Below, piece after piece: positions 37,789 to 47,600 of a DNA stretch of 64,000 nucleotides. The translations under genes and the position numbers were made by a program. The stretch lies in the sequence record OZ336096.1. The stretch is one strand, 5' to 3'. Each line of letters opens with the position of its first letter. Position 1 is the first letter of the stretch. A model generated the notes under the pieces. The model was not told where the DNA came from and searched no databases. It was given only the letters and a program-made list of their open reading frames with translations. The DNA is from a phage.

Positions 37789-37817
37789 TTGACAATAGAG
37801 TATCAACAAATTAGAAT
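37789..37817 (+). promoter_or_regulatory. sigma70-like promoter (TTGACA-17-TAGAAT)
   Basis: Consensus -35, 17-bp spacer, 5/6 -10, about 36 bp upstream of the SSB-like gene start. Confidence 0.6.
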
Positions 37818-37853
37818 TGGTACTCTTCATAAATTGAGATAGAGGTTTAAATA

Positions 37854-38711
37854 ATGTCTAAAGTTGTTAAAATGAAAGCTCCGGTAGAGAAGTACAACGG
37901 TACTGAACGTCAAACTCTGCGTTACCTGCTGAAAGATGTCTGGTTTTATTACCTGAACACTTCACCACGCCCGGGAAAAGGTAAGTCTATTGATAAGAAA
38001 TTCCCAGGAAAAGATTGTAACTACAGCGTATCAATTCTGGCAGAAGACGGTAACAAGCTCTTTAAAGAGTTTACTAAGTCTAAGAAAAATCCAGAAGGCT
38101 GGGATAAAGTCACTACTGAAGCAGTTGATGCAGACGACTTCGAAGAGAAGTTTGGTTGTAAACCACCTTTTGAAGCAGACACTTACTACATCTTGAAAGT
38201 AAGTCGTGCAGCAGCTTATAAAGATGGTGCTGTATGGACAGCTAAACAGTCATTCCCTGTTATGCTTATTGAAGAAGTAAATGGTAAGCGTGTAGCTGTT
38301 AAACAGCCAATGAAGAAAATCAAAGCTCAAGCATCTGATAAACATGAAGATGACAAGAACTATGATGTAATTCACCCAGATATTGCAGTTGGTAACGGTT
38401 CTTTTGGTAGTGTGATTCTTTCTACTCACTTCTACACTTTTGAGAACAATGTTCTGACAAAACCTATTCAGGAACAGTTTATCATTGATACTCTTGTACC
38501 TTACACTGGTGGTAACGGTGCTAATGGTGAACCTGAACTGGATGAAGATGAACTGGCTATGCTTGGTCTTGATGGTGTTGAAGATAATGGTGAAATCACT
38601 GAAGAAGACGCAAAAGACCACAAACCTTCGAATGATTCTGATGATGGTGACGATGAAGACTTGCCAGACCCAGATGACGAAGAAGATGAAGACTTCGATA
38701 CAGAAGACTAA
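37854..38711 (+). CDS. single-stranded DNA-binding protein-like (acidic C-terminal tail)
   Basis: 285-aa ORF ending in a strongly acidic tail (DDGDDEDLPDPDDEEDEDFDTED) as in T7 gp2.5-type SSBs; preceded by strong sigma70-like promoter. Confidence 0.5.
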   Translation: MSKVVKMKAPVEKYNGTERQTLRYLLKDVWFYYLNTSPRPGKGKSIDKKFPGKDCNYSVSILAEDGNKLFKEFTKSKKNPEGWDKVTTEAVDADDFEEKFGCKPPFEADTYYILKVSRAAAYKDGAVWTAKQSFPVMLIEEVNGKRVAVKQPMKKIKAQASDKHEDDKNYDVIHPDIAVGNGSFGSVILSTHFYTFENNVLTKPIQEQFIIDTLVPYTGGNGANGEPELDEDELAMLGLDGVEDNGEITEEDAKDHKPSNDSDDGDDEDLPDPDDEEDEDFDTED

Positions 38712-38728
38712 TCTCTAAAAGTTACTTT

Positions 38729-38757
38729 AAAGCCCTGTACTTAGTATGGGGCTTTTT
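38729..38757 (+). terminator. rho-independent terminator after SSB-like gene
   Basis: AAAGCCC-loop-GGGCTTT followed by TTTC. Confidence 0.65.
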
Positions 38758-38773
38758 CATATGGAGAGCCATA

Positions 38774-39814
38774 ATGGAGAAGTACACATTAACAAAACTT
38801 CCCGATTCAGTTACACATGTTTTTATTGACTCTGACAGTATTGCCTATAAAGGTGCTTGTGTAGTTGAGAAAGCAAAATATAAATATGTCAATAAACTCA
38901 CAGCAGAAGAATCTGAACCATTTGATAATGCGAAAGATGCTGCAAGATGGTTAGCAGACCAGAGAATCCTTGTGGAAGAACTTGGCCTGACATTTGATGA
39001 AGATGAATGGGAAAGACAGACTTGGAAAGAAGCTAAGAGTGAAAAAGAAGCTATCATGGCTACTCAACAGGTGCTTCAGGAATGGCTTAAGGTTGTTGGT
39101 AAAGAGAGAACTTGGGTAGGTTACTTAACAGAGAAAGGTGTGCATAAGCATAAAGACATTAAAGGTCTTGAGCACCAATATCAAGGTAACCGCAAAGATG
39201 CTGTCACACCAACACACTTAGTTGCTTGTCGTGAGTATCTTCTGTCAAGACCAGAGTTCAAACTAATTCTTGATGGATTTGAAGCCGATTCAATCGTAAT
39301 TGCTAAAGCTGAAAAGATGGGTAAGAAAGCTGCCTTAATGAGTATTGATAAAGACCTTCGCCAAGCTGAAGGAACTTATTGTATTGATATGACTTATGAG
39401 AAGTCACCTTTGATTTTCATTGCTGACAACAACGTAGGTGAAATTTGGGATTGCCCAATAAAATCAACACCAAAAGCTAAGAAGACAGTTGGTGTAGGTT
39501 TTAAATTCCTTTGTTATCAAGCTGTGGCTGGTGACAATGCTGATAATTATTTTGGTTTAAAGGGCGTTGGTAAGGCTACTGTAATGAAAGCCCTTGAAGG
39601 TAAAAATACTTATAAAGAGTGTCTTGATGCAATTTATGAGCTTTATGCTAAGAAAGAGTCATACACTTATGTCTCGTGGGATGGTCAAACAATTACCAGA
39701 ACACCTTTAGAGTTAATGCAGCAACACTTTTTCTTAGCTTATCAGGAAAGAAACAAGAAAGACGATTTCACTTTTAAGAAATATAATTGGGAGCCATGTA
39801 TGAATGAAGATTAA
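38774..39814 (+). CDS. 5'-3' exonuclease / flap endonuclease
   Basis: FEN-family motifs: VFIDSDSIAYKG, EADSIVIA, SIDKDLRQ, and helix-hairpin-helix region GDNADNYFGLKGVGKATVMKAL. Confidence 0.75.
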   Translation: MEKYTLTKLPDSVTHVFIDSDSIAYKGACVVEKAKYKYVNKLTAEESEPFDNAKDAARWLADQRILVEELGLTFDEDEWERQTWKEAKSEKEAIMATQQVLQEWLKVVGKERTWVGYLTEKGVHKHKDIKGLEHQYQGNRKDAVTPTHLVACREYLLSRPEFKLILDGFEADSIVIAKAEKMGKKAALMSIDKDLRQAEGTYCIDMTYEKSPLIFIADNNVGEIWDCPIKSTPKAKKTVGVGFKFLCYQAVAGDNADNYFGLKGVGKATVMKALEGKNTYKECLDAIYELYAKKESYTYVSWDGQTITRTPLELMQQHFFLAYQERNKKDDFTFKKYNWEPCMNED

Positions 39815-40301
39815 AGGATTTGGCAATTGCCCTACCTATGGTCATTGGGTATCTTTATGTGGGGAAGTTGACCCCACTAAACATTTTGGCTTTGTCTATT
39901 TAGTACACTGTAAGAAAACCGGACAATATTATATAGGAAAAAAACAGTTTAACAGTGTTACCAAAAGAAAAGTTGCTGGGAAGACTCGTAAGAAGATAGT
40001 CACTAAGGAAAGTGATTGGATGACTTACGAGACTTCTTCTGAGTATATTAAAAAAGATATTGAGAGCTTTGGAAAGGAGTCTTTTGACTTTTACATTATT
40101 CAAACCTACTACACAAAAGGTGGCCTAGTTTATGGTGAAGCAAACCTTCAACATAAATTCGATGTAATGACAAAAAGGATTGACTCGAAGCTCAGACTCT
40201 TCTACAATGCCAATATTGCAGCAATTAAGTTTATTACTAAAGAAACTTATGAAGACGCTGAAAAAAGAATCCATAAAGTAATGAAAGCAAATTGTGCTTG
40301 A
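39804..40301 (+). CDS. putative GIY-YIG-like endonuclease
   Basis: N-terminal FGFVYLVHCKKTGQYYIGKK resembles the GIY...YIG signature; rest of domain not verified. Confidence 0.35.
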   Translation: MKIKGFGNCPTYGHWVSLCGEVDPTKHFGFVYLVHCKKTGQYYIGKKQFNSVTKRKVAGKTRKKIVTKESDWMTYETSSEYIKKDIESFGKESFDFYIIQTYYTKGGLVYGEANLQHKFDVMTKRIDSKLRLFYNANIAAIKFITKETYEDAEKRIHKVMKANCA

Positions 40302-40307
40302 CAACTA

Positions 40308-40571
40308 TTGAGAGAGAATAAAATGTTTAACAAAAGCAAAGCTGTGAGTCATGTAGCAAAAGTTGACAGCAAGATTGAAGAACTTGGGCGCATCCTTGCA
40401 AATGCTAGAGAATCAATAATTAAAGAAGTCGAAGCTGTTGAATCACAAATGCAGCACCTAATGCTTAAACGTCAAGAGCTACGTGAGCATTTAGAATATA
40501 TTGAAACACGAGAGCTAAAAGTTAACAGATATTTTAAGGAGTCCAAATGTTTAACTCAAGAGAATCAGTAA
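40308..40571 (+). CDS. small coiled-coil protein
   Basis: 87-aa ORF. Confidence 0.4.
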   Translation: MRENKMFNKSKAVSHVAKVDSKIEELGRILANARESIIKEVEAVESQMQHLMLKRQELREHLEYIETRELKVNRYFKESKCLTQENQ

Positions 40572-41302
40572 AAAACTGGAACCTTCGTTGTGGAAACACT
40601 CAAAAGCAACCTTACAGTGATGAGTATTGGGAATCTTTAAAATCTCAATCTCTGTGTATGCTTGAAGAAGCAAAAGAGCTTGTAAAAGCAATTGAAGAGA
40701 AAGACCCCATTGAGACACTGGATGCTCAGGCGGATTTGCAATATGTTCTTGACGGGTTGATTTACCTGTCACAACATGACCATAACGGTGCTATGAAAGC
40801 CGTTTGCCATAATAATGACCTGAAGTACACAGATGACTATGAAGAAGCTTTAAAACGTCTTGCAGACATTGAAAAGCGTACTGGTCAAGAGTGTATTATC
40901 AGAATGTCAGTAGTTGATGGTAAAGAATGGTATGCCATTGTTCGTGTAGCAGATGGGAAGATTATGAAACAATCGAATCTCCCTAAAGTACAGCTTGGTG
41001 AATACATTGTAGAACTTGAAAGCCAAGAACTTTTTGTGGTAGTATCTGAGACATGCGTTATCTGCAAAGGTATTGTAGGTAGCTTAAAGGATTTGGGTGT
41101 AGATGGTTTTGTAGAAGTTAATCCAATTACCTCTAAAGCAGATAAAGACTTCTGTAAAGAGAATGGACTATGGATTGCAGATATTGTCTACTATGATGGT
41201 GAGCAGTTCCATGTAACCTCATACCCGAAACTGAATTATGATGCTAATAACCTGAAGTGCTGGTTAAAAGGGGTTGGTTATAATGGATTCACAGAACATT
41301 AA
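40547..41302 (+). CDS. hypothetical protein with MazG-like N-terminal region
   Basis: N-terminal EEAKELVKAIEEKDPIETLDAQADLQYVLDGLIY resembles MazG/NTP-pyrophosphohydrolase helices; weak. Confidence 0.3.
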   Translation: MFNSRESVKNWNLRCGNTQKQPYSDEYWESLKSQSLCMLEEAKELVKAIEEKDPIETLDAQADLQYVLDGLIYLSQHDHNGAMKAVCHNNDLKYTDDYEEALKRLADIEKRTGQECIIRMSVVDGKEWYAIVRVADGKIMKQSNLPKVQLGEYIVELESQELFVVVSETCVICKGIVGSLKDLGVDGFVEVNPITSKADKDFCKENGLWIADIVYYDGEQFHVTSYPKLNYDANNLKCWLKGVGYNGFTEH

Positions 41303-41606
41303 TAAAGAAGGTGTGGCTCAGAAGAGCCACTTCTCAAACTATAATATTTCTATGACGGTGTTTATGAATGACCCGTTACTTGAAAAGTATGGTGAGACTC
41401 CAGATACACTTCTGGATAATGAACAAGTTTTAAAAGCAGTCCTGTACAAATACGGGATTGACATTGAGAAAGAGTATTCTTTTGAAATCTGCCAACACAG
41501 GAATACTTTCGGTAAAGTTGTGATGGCTCCACTCTTTATGGGTGTAGAAAGGACTGACTATGGTTGGTTGTATCTAAAAAGAAACTTGGAGAAATACCGT
41601 GTCTAA
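41274..41606 (+). CDS. hypothetical protein
   Basis: 110-aa ORF. Confidence 0.4.
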   Translation: MVIMDSQNINKEGVAQKSHFSNYNISMTVFMNDPLLEKYGETPDTLLDNEQVLKAVLYKYGIDIEKEYSFEICQHRNTFGKVVMAPLFMGVERTDYGWLYLKRNLEKYRV

Positions 41607-41934
41607 AGCAAAAAAGCTATCTTATGATGACATTATCTCAGGTGCTAAATTAGGTGTTGATAGTATCGGACAAGATGTTAAGCACGGGGACACAGTTATG
41701 TACTGTGATGACCGAAGAGGCAGAAGTGCAATATTGTTTGGAAGAATTGTTTGCAAGATGCGAGGCAATTATGTTGTTGCAGACATGGATGAGAGCACTG
41801 CACAAGAGCTTGAAGCAATTATGAATGGTAATACACCATCGTGGTTCCTGAACTGTATGCACACTTCTTCAGTCACAAAGGTAAGTGATAAGTTTTACGA
41901 TATGTGGCAGAATGAGCAAATTTTCAAGATTTAA
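41599..41934 (+). CDS. hypothetical protein
   Basis: 111-aa ORF followed by GC-rich hairpin terminator. Confidence 0.4.
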   Translation: MSKAKKLSYDDIISGAKLGVDSIGQDVKHGDTVMYCDDRRGRSAILFGRIVCKMRGNYVVADMDESTAQELEAIMNGNTPSWFLNCMHTSSVTKVSDKFYDMWQNEQIFKI

Positions 41935-41939
41935 ACTAC

Positions 41940-41965
41940 GGAGCCTCTTCGGAGGCTCTTTTCAC
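41940..41965 (+). terminator. rho-independent terminator upstream of nrdA
   Basis: GAGCCTC-TTCG-GAGGCTC followed by TTTTC. Confidence 0.8.
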
Positions 41966-41980
41966 CTGTAGGATTCAAAA

Positions 41981-44215
41981 ATGATTAAGACAATTAAAAA
42001 ATCAAACGGTACAGTAGTAAGCTTTGACCCAGAAAGACTGAATAAGTGGGCATCATGGGCAGATAAACGTGGAATTATCTGGTCAGAAGTCACTATGGAA
42101 GCTATGAAACGTGTCTATGAGGGTTGCACTACAAAAGAGATGCACCAAGCCATGATTGATGTTTGTGTTGATAAGCAAACTCAAGAGTACTCAGATATGG
42201 CTGGACGACTACTTCTGGGTATTATCTACAAAGAAGCCTTTGGAGGCTTTACTAAGGTTCCTACACTTATTACCTTCGTTAAAAATATGGAGAGAGCAGG
42301 ACTTTGGGAGAAGATGGATTATTCACAGGAAGAGCTTGAATACCTGCAAGGTTACATCGTGCACTCAAAAGATATCTCTTACGGTTATGCAGTATTGAAA
42401 CAGTTCAGAGACAAGTATGGTATCCGTGATATTAAAACAGGAAGACTTTTTGAGTCACCACAATTTATGTTTATGGGTATGGCTATGAAAGCCTTTGAGA
42501 AGCAACCAAAGCACCGTAGACTGCAAGATGTTATCAAGCTGTACACTTACCTATCTGACCTGAAGATTAACGCTCCTACGCCTTATTTAAATGGTTTAAG
42601 AGCCACCAAGTCAGGCTATGCGTCATGCTGTTTGATTAAGGCAAATGACACTGCCGAATCTCTCGGTATTGCTGCAAAGGTTGCTTATGATATGACTACA
42701 AAGCAAGCCGGTATTGGTATGCTGATGGAGACACGTACTATTGGTGATGGTATCCGTCAAAACACGATTGAGCACATGGGTAAGCTACCTTATTACAAGC
42801 TTGTACGTTCATCTGTAGAGGCAAACAAACAGAAGAGTCGTGGTGGTTCAGCTAATAACTTCTACACTGCTCTAGACCCTCAGATTGAAGATTTACTGCG
42901 TTTGAAGCACCCTACAACGGTTCCTTCTAAACGTATTAACGAGATGGACTACTCATTCGGCACAAACGATTATTTCTGGCAGTGTGTTCAGTATGATACA
43001 GATTGGTTGCTGTTCTCTTACAAAGATGCACCAAAACTCTATGACATGTTCTACACAGCATCTGCTGATGAGTTTGCTATGGCAGTTGGTCACGCAGTAC
43101 ATTCAGGAGTTAAGCACAGACGAGTCAAGGCTCGTGAAATTGCTAAGCTGTTTATTCAACAGCGTTATGCTACAGGTCGTGTGTATCCATTCTTCACTAA
43201 CAATGCAAACACACATACACCATTTAAAGAACCATTGAAGATGTCAAACCTTTGCATGGAAATTGTATTACCAGTGTATGGGTTTGAGAAAGAGACAGAC
43301 CTTTACAGAGACGATGCTGTGAAAGAGGATGGTGAGGTGGCTCTTTGCTTCCTAGCTAGTTTGGTTGCAGGGAGAATTTCAGAAGATGAATACGCTGACG
43401 TTGCTTATTATGCTCTTGCAATGGTTGACTCCGTTATTGACCTTATGGATTATCCGTATCCGTCGATGCGTAACCATGTTCAGAAGCGTCGTTCTGTTGG
43501 GATTGGCCTTACAAATGTGGCTCATTACCTTGCGAAGAACTACGTGAACTACTCTTCACGAGCAGGTAAAACGAAACTTCATGAACTTGCAGAGATGCAC
43601 TCTTACTATCTGCATGAAGCTTCTCTGAGACTTGCTAAAGAGCGTGGCGTTCCAGAGTACATGAAGTTCACTAAGTATCCTGAAGGCTGGGTTCCCCCAA
43701 AGACAGCTAACAAGAAGATTGATGAAAAGCATGATGCAAAACTACGATATGATTGGGATGACTTAGCACAACGTATCAAAGAAAATGGTGGAATCCGAAA
43801 CTCTGTATTAGAAGCTTACATGCCTAATGAGAGTTCCTCACTAGCAACTAATACGACAAATGGCTTGTACCCAATTCGTGACTTTATTTTAACTAAAAAG
43901 TCTGCAACTGGTAACGTACTGTTTATTGTTCCAGATTACGAAGAGTTGAAGTATGTCTATGAGATTGCTTGGGATATTGACACCTTTGATATGATTGATT
44001 GTTATGCAATTGTTCAAAAGTTCACTGGTCAAGCTATCTCTTCAGACTTCTATGTTGACTATGCAAAAGCTAAGAAGGTATCATTGGCTCAAGCTTTGAA
44101 GTACATGATTTATGCCAACTCAGTAGGTATGAAAACCATGTACTACCTTAACAGTCGCATCGGTGTAGGTAAATCTGCACTGCAAGATGCTTATTGCGAG
44201 GGTTGTGGTGTTTAG
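41981..44215 (+). CDS. nrdA: ribonucleotide reductase class Ia, large subunit
   Basis: 744-aa ORF with N-terminal ATP-cone-like region and active-site motif SNLCMEI; followed by nrdB. Confidence 0.9.
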   Translation: MIKTIKKSNGTVVSFDPERLNKWASWADKRGIIWSEVTMEAMKRVYEGCTTKEMHQAMIDVCVDKQTQEYSDMAGRLLLGIIYKEAFGGFTKVPTLITFVKNMERAGLWEKMDYSQEELEYLQGYIVHSKDISYGYAVLKQFRDKYGIRDIKTGRLFESPQFMFMGMAMKAFEKQPKHRRLQDVIKLYTYLSDLKINAPTPYLNGLRATKSGYASCCLIKANDTAESLGIAAKVAYDMTTKQAGIGMLMETRTIGDGIRQNTIEHMGKLPYYKLVRSSVEANKQKSRGGSANNFYTALDPQIEDLLRLKHPTTVPSKRINEMDYSFGTNDYFWQCVQYDTDWLLFSYKDAPKLYDMFYTASADEFAMAVGHAVHSGVKHRRVKAREIAKLFIQQRYATGRVYPFFTNNANTHTPFKEPLKMSNLCMEIVLPVYGFEKETDLYRDDAVKEDGEVALCFLASLVAGRISEDEYADVAYYALAMVDSVIDLMDYPYPSMRNHVQKRRSVGIGLTNVAHYLAKNYVNYSSRAGKTKLHELAEMHSYYLHEASLRLAKERGVPEYMKFTKYPEGWVPPKTANKKIDEKHDAKLRYDWDDLAQRIKENGGIRNSVLEAYMPNESSSLATNTTNGLYPIRDFILTKKSATGNVLFIVPDYEELKYVYEIAWDIDTFDMIDCYAIVQKFTGQAISSDFYVDYAKAKKVSLAQALKYMIYANSVGMKTMYYLNSRIGVGKSALQDAYCEGCGV

Positions 44216-44270
44216 TTTTAATAACTATGAGGGTCGTAAAAGACCCTCTAAAATTAACTTTGGAGAAACT

Positions 44271-44528
44271 ATGAAAGACCTAATAGAAAAACATGAGAGA
44301 CCAATATACTTGTTCTACAAACCCCGCAAAACATTATACTACGTGAGCAGCACAGGCATCATGATAAAGCAGAATGATGACTTATGGGTAACTGGAGCCT
44401 CTTACATCTCTACAGCAGATGGTAAAATCTACGCAAGACCTTACGAGATGTTCAATGAAGAAAATTGGGAAGTTTTAGACAGAAAACAAGCCTTAGAGAT
44501 GATAAAGAAAGGAGAAATCACACTATGA
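44271..44528 (+). CDS. hypothetical protein
   Basis: ATG at 44271 with GGAG-containing RBS region; stop overlaps nrdB start (ATGA). Confidence 0.4.
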   Translation: MKDLIEKHERPIYLFYKPRKTLYYVSSTGIMIKQNDDLWVTGASYISTADGKIYARPYEMFNEENWEVLDRKQALEMIKKGEITL

Positions 44529-45598
44529 TTAACCAACACCCAATCTTTTTAGGTGGTGAAAGAAAAACATTTGACTCCCTTAATAAACACTACCCAAAAA
44601 TCTTTGAGCTATACAAACAACAAAAAGCGCAAGACTGGTCAGAAGATGAGTTCCCTTTTGAACAATCACGTCTTGATTTTGAGAGTGTGCCAGCATCAAT
44701 GTCAGGTGTAATGCTTGAGATTCTTAAGTGGCAGTGGGAAGCAGATACCCAAGTTGCTAAGAGTTTAGCGTTTGCCTTTGCACCATTTATCTCTGATGAC
44801 ATTTATGCAACTGCAATTATGAAGCAGTCTGAGATTGAAAACCTACATGCTCTCACTTACTCGGAGATTGTAAGGCAATGTATTAAAAACCCTGAAACAA
44901 TCTTAGATGAGATTAACCAGAATATTGCTGTGCAAGACCGATTAAAAACTGTGAATCGTGTTCTTGAAGAATTGCTGGACGAAGGTATAAACTATCGGCT
45001 GAGTTATGTCCGTGACTCACTTCTGGACAAAGACCCTTTACACTTCCATAAAGTGATTTTAAAAGGTCTATTTGCAGTGACTGCACTTGAAGGTATATCT
45101 TTTATGGCATCCTTTGCGTGTACTTTTGCACTTGATGCTCAAGATAAATTTCAAGGTATTGCTCAAGCTGTCCAGAAGATTATGCTTGATGAAATCCTTC
45201 ACACTAAAATTGATATTGAAGTTTTAAAAGAAACTTTAAGAGATGATGAGTGGCAGAAAGCTTTTCAACAAATTCTTCCAGAGATTAAAGTAATCTTAGA
45301 TGAAGTAGTTGAAAGTGAAGAGAAATGGTCGTATTATATCTTCTCCGAAGGACGTGCTGTAGTTGGCTTAAATACAAAGCTTCTTCATGAGTGGGTTTAC
45401 TATAATGCTGCCCCATTGTATGATATGTTTGGCATTCCCAGAGATTTTGTAGCTCCTAAAGAACCACCTTTAAAGTACATGATTAAGAAGATGGAAATTG
45501 ATAAAGAGCAGAATGCTAATCAGGAGCAACAGAACGGTGCGTACCTATTGAATACTGTTGTAGATGATTTGAATAGTGGATTTTTAGAGGTTCCTTAA
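44525..45598 (+). CDS. nrdB: ribonucleotide reductase class Ia, small subunit
   Basis: Size and position consistent with NrdB; probable start at ATG 44525 (MINQHPIF); motif not verified by eye. Confidence 0.8.
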   Translation: MINQHPIFLGGERKTFDSLNKHYPKIFELYKQQKAQDWSEDEFPFEQSRLDFESVPASMSGVMLEILKWQWEADTQVAKSLAFAFAPFISDDIYATAIMKQSEIENLHALTYSEIVRQCIKNPETILDEINQNIAVQDRLKTVNRVLEELLDEGINYRLSYVRDSLLDKDPLHFHKVILKGLFAVTALEGISFMASFACTFALDAQDKFQGIAQAVQKIMLDEILHTKIDIEVLKETLRDDEWQKAFQQILPEIKVILDEVVESEEKWSYYIFSEGRAVVGLNTKLLHEWVYYNAAPLYDMFGIPRDFVAPKEPPLKYMIKKMEIDKEQNANQEQQNGAYLLNTVVDDLNSGFLEVP

Positions 45599-45840
45599 TG
45601 ACTTATGTAATTTACTCCAAAACTGGATGCCCTCAGTGTGAGACTGCAAAGAATTTTGCAAAAGCTCGTGGTATTGACCATGTTGTGAGAATGTTAGGGC
45701 AGGACTATGAACTATCAGACCTGATGGATATTGCACAGATGCCAGTTCGTCAGATGCCGTTCATCATGAAAACTGATGGACAAAACCTAAAACCTGTTGG
45801 GACGCTACAGAATTTTATGGCAGAGGTGAATAATGCTTAA
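45598..45840 (+). CDS. glutaredoxin/NrdH-like redoxin
   Basis: 80-aa ORF with CPQC active-site motif (YSKTGCPQCE), immediately after nrdB. Confidence 0.7.
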   Translation: MTYVIYSKTGCPQCETAKNFAKARGIDHVVRMLGQDYELSDLMDIAQMPVRQMPFIMKTDGQNLKPVGTLQNFMAEVNNA

Positions 45841-46039
45841 ACGCATTTGGGAAGGTTTGGTTGTTGATGCACCAGCTATTGTGATTGGTATGCTTATTGT
45901 TAACCTATTTACTGACTTTGAACAAGGTTTGTTGTTTGGAGTCATGTTACTATGGGTTATATTTGAAATCCTAGAGATACATCTGGGCATCACCGAAAAG
46001 TTAAGAAAACTCTTTGTGAAGTTTTCTAAAAAGATTTAA
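45833..46039 (+). CDS. small membrane protein
   Basis: 68-aa hydrophobic ORF; followed by terminator. Confidence 0.35.
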   Translation: MLKRIWEGLVVDAPAIVIGMLIVNLFTDFEQGLLFGVMLLWVIFEILEIHLGITEKLRKLFVKFSKKI

Positions 46040-46045
46040 AATGAA

Positions 46046-46068
46046 AGGGTCTCTTCGGAGACCTTTTT
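46046..46068 (+). terminator. rho-independent terminator upstream of nrdD
   Basis: GGGTCTC-TTCG-GAGACCT followed by TTTTT. Confidence 0.75.
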
Positions 46069-46087
46069 AGCATGTAAAGGGGCAATA

Positions 46088-47284
46088 ATGAACAAAGTAC
46101 AAATTATTAAAAAGAATGGCTCACTTGAAGAACCGGATATCAAAAAAGTTTTAGTAGCAGTCACAAAGTCAGCTAACAGGGTTGGTTATAAAGAGCTTCC
46201 ACCAGATGTTACTCAAGCCCTTGAGTCAGCATTTATGAGGATTCTGGTAAAATCTACTAAGCAGAATAATTTACTCGTTTCAGTAAATGATATTCACAGT
46301 ATTGTTGAAGGTGCTTTGGCAGAGGTCAATCACGAGATTTATGAGTCTTACTCAACATACAGAAATTACCGTAAAGAGGTTGCTCAAAATTGGGACGAAC
46401 TCTACCAGAAGACTAAAGATACACTCTTCTTAGGTGACCGTGAAAATGCTAACTTTGACAGCAGTTTAATTTCTACGAAAGGTTCAATTATCCGTGGTTA
46501 CCTGACTAAAGAAATCTTTAAACAGTATCATCTAACACCAGAGGAACTTGAAGCCATTGAGAAAGGCTTTATCTATATCCACGATTTGAGAGACCTGATT
46601 TTTGGTGGTATTAACTGTTGCCTGTTTGACATTGGTAAAGTACTAAAAGGTGGCTTTGAAATGTCCGGCATTGAGTACTGTGAACCTAAATCTGTACTGT
46701 CAGCGTTGCAGGTTATCGGTGACGTAGTACTTTCAGCAACTGCACAGCAATTTGGTGGATTTACTTTAGCAGAGATTGATAAGGTACTTGTACCGTATGC
46801 TAAGAAGTCTCTACGCTATCATGCTGAGAAAGCAGCATCTTACGGTATTCCTAAAGAACATTACCATAATTATGTCATGGAGCAGCTACAGATTGAATTA
46901 ACTCAAGGTTTCCAGTCACTAGAGATGAAGCTAAATACTGTACCTTGTAGCCGTGGTGATTTCGCATTCACAACTTTAACATTTGGTTTACTTGACTCAG
47001 ACATGTCTAATGAAGACAACCGACTACAATACATGATTGCAAACACCATTCTTGATGTTCGCATGAATGGACAAGGTAAGAGCAAGAAGCCTGTTGTATT
47101 CCCTAAACTGGTTTATATTCATGACCAGAAGAGACACGATGAGAATATCTGTCAAGGTCAACTGTACAGTAAAGCTATTGAGTGTTGCTCTAAAGCTATG
47201 TATCCAGATTTCTTAAGTGTATCTGGTCATGGTGCTGTAGCAGAGGCTTTTGAGCGTTCTGGCAAGGTAATTTCACCGATGGGT
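46088..47284 (+). CDS. nrdD: anaerobic ribonucleotide reductase (class III), exon 1
   Basis: Class III RNR N-terminal region by overall resemblance; ends ...VISPMG just before the intron. Confidence 0.8.
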
Positions 47285-47600
47285 TAACAGGCTCTATAGC
47301 TCATCTAAAACGTGCCTAAACAGGGAAACTCTACAGATGTAGACAATCCTGTGCTAAATGATGTACGATGTAAGAAACTATACAACATAGGAGTCTTACA
47401 TGCCAAATAACTTCGAATATGAGTTTGAATACATCTAAATGCCGAACGACTAACCGTGATGAATGTAGCGGTGTAGGGTCAAGCGACTCGAAATGGTACG
47501 CTACTTAGAAATAAGTAGAAGATATAGTCTGGACTTACTGGCGACAGTAAGCAGCTTGAATAAAGCGGGGTAAGCTTAGCGAACTTACCTGAACAACAAG
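47285..47600 (+). ncRNA. group I self-splicing intron (ORF-less) in nrdD
   Basis: Exon 1 ends in U, intron ends in G; joining gives PMG-CRAFLSP, recalled as conserved in NrdD; intron holds P-like (AAACAGGGAAA, 47318-47328), Q-like (AATCCTGTG, 47345-47353), R-like (GAACGACTAAC, 47444-47454) and S (AGAAGATATAGTCT, 47517-47530) elements in canonical order; no long ORF. Confidence 0.75.

Noticed and set aside
44229-44249. Hairpin GAGGGTC-GTAAAAG-GACCCTC after nrdA as a terminator
   Set aside because: A perfect 7-bp stem but no U-tract on either strand; more likely an RNA stability or processing element, or coincidental.
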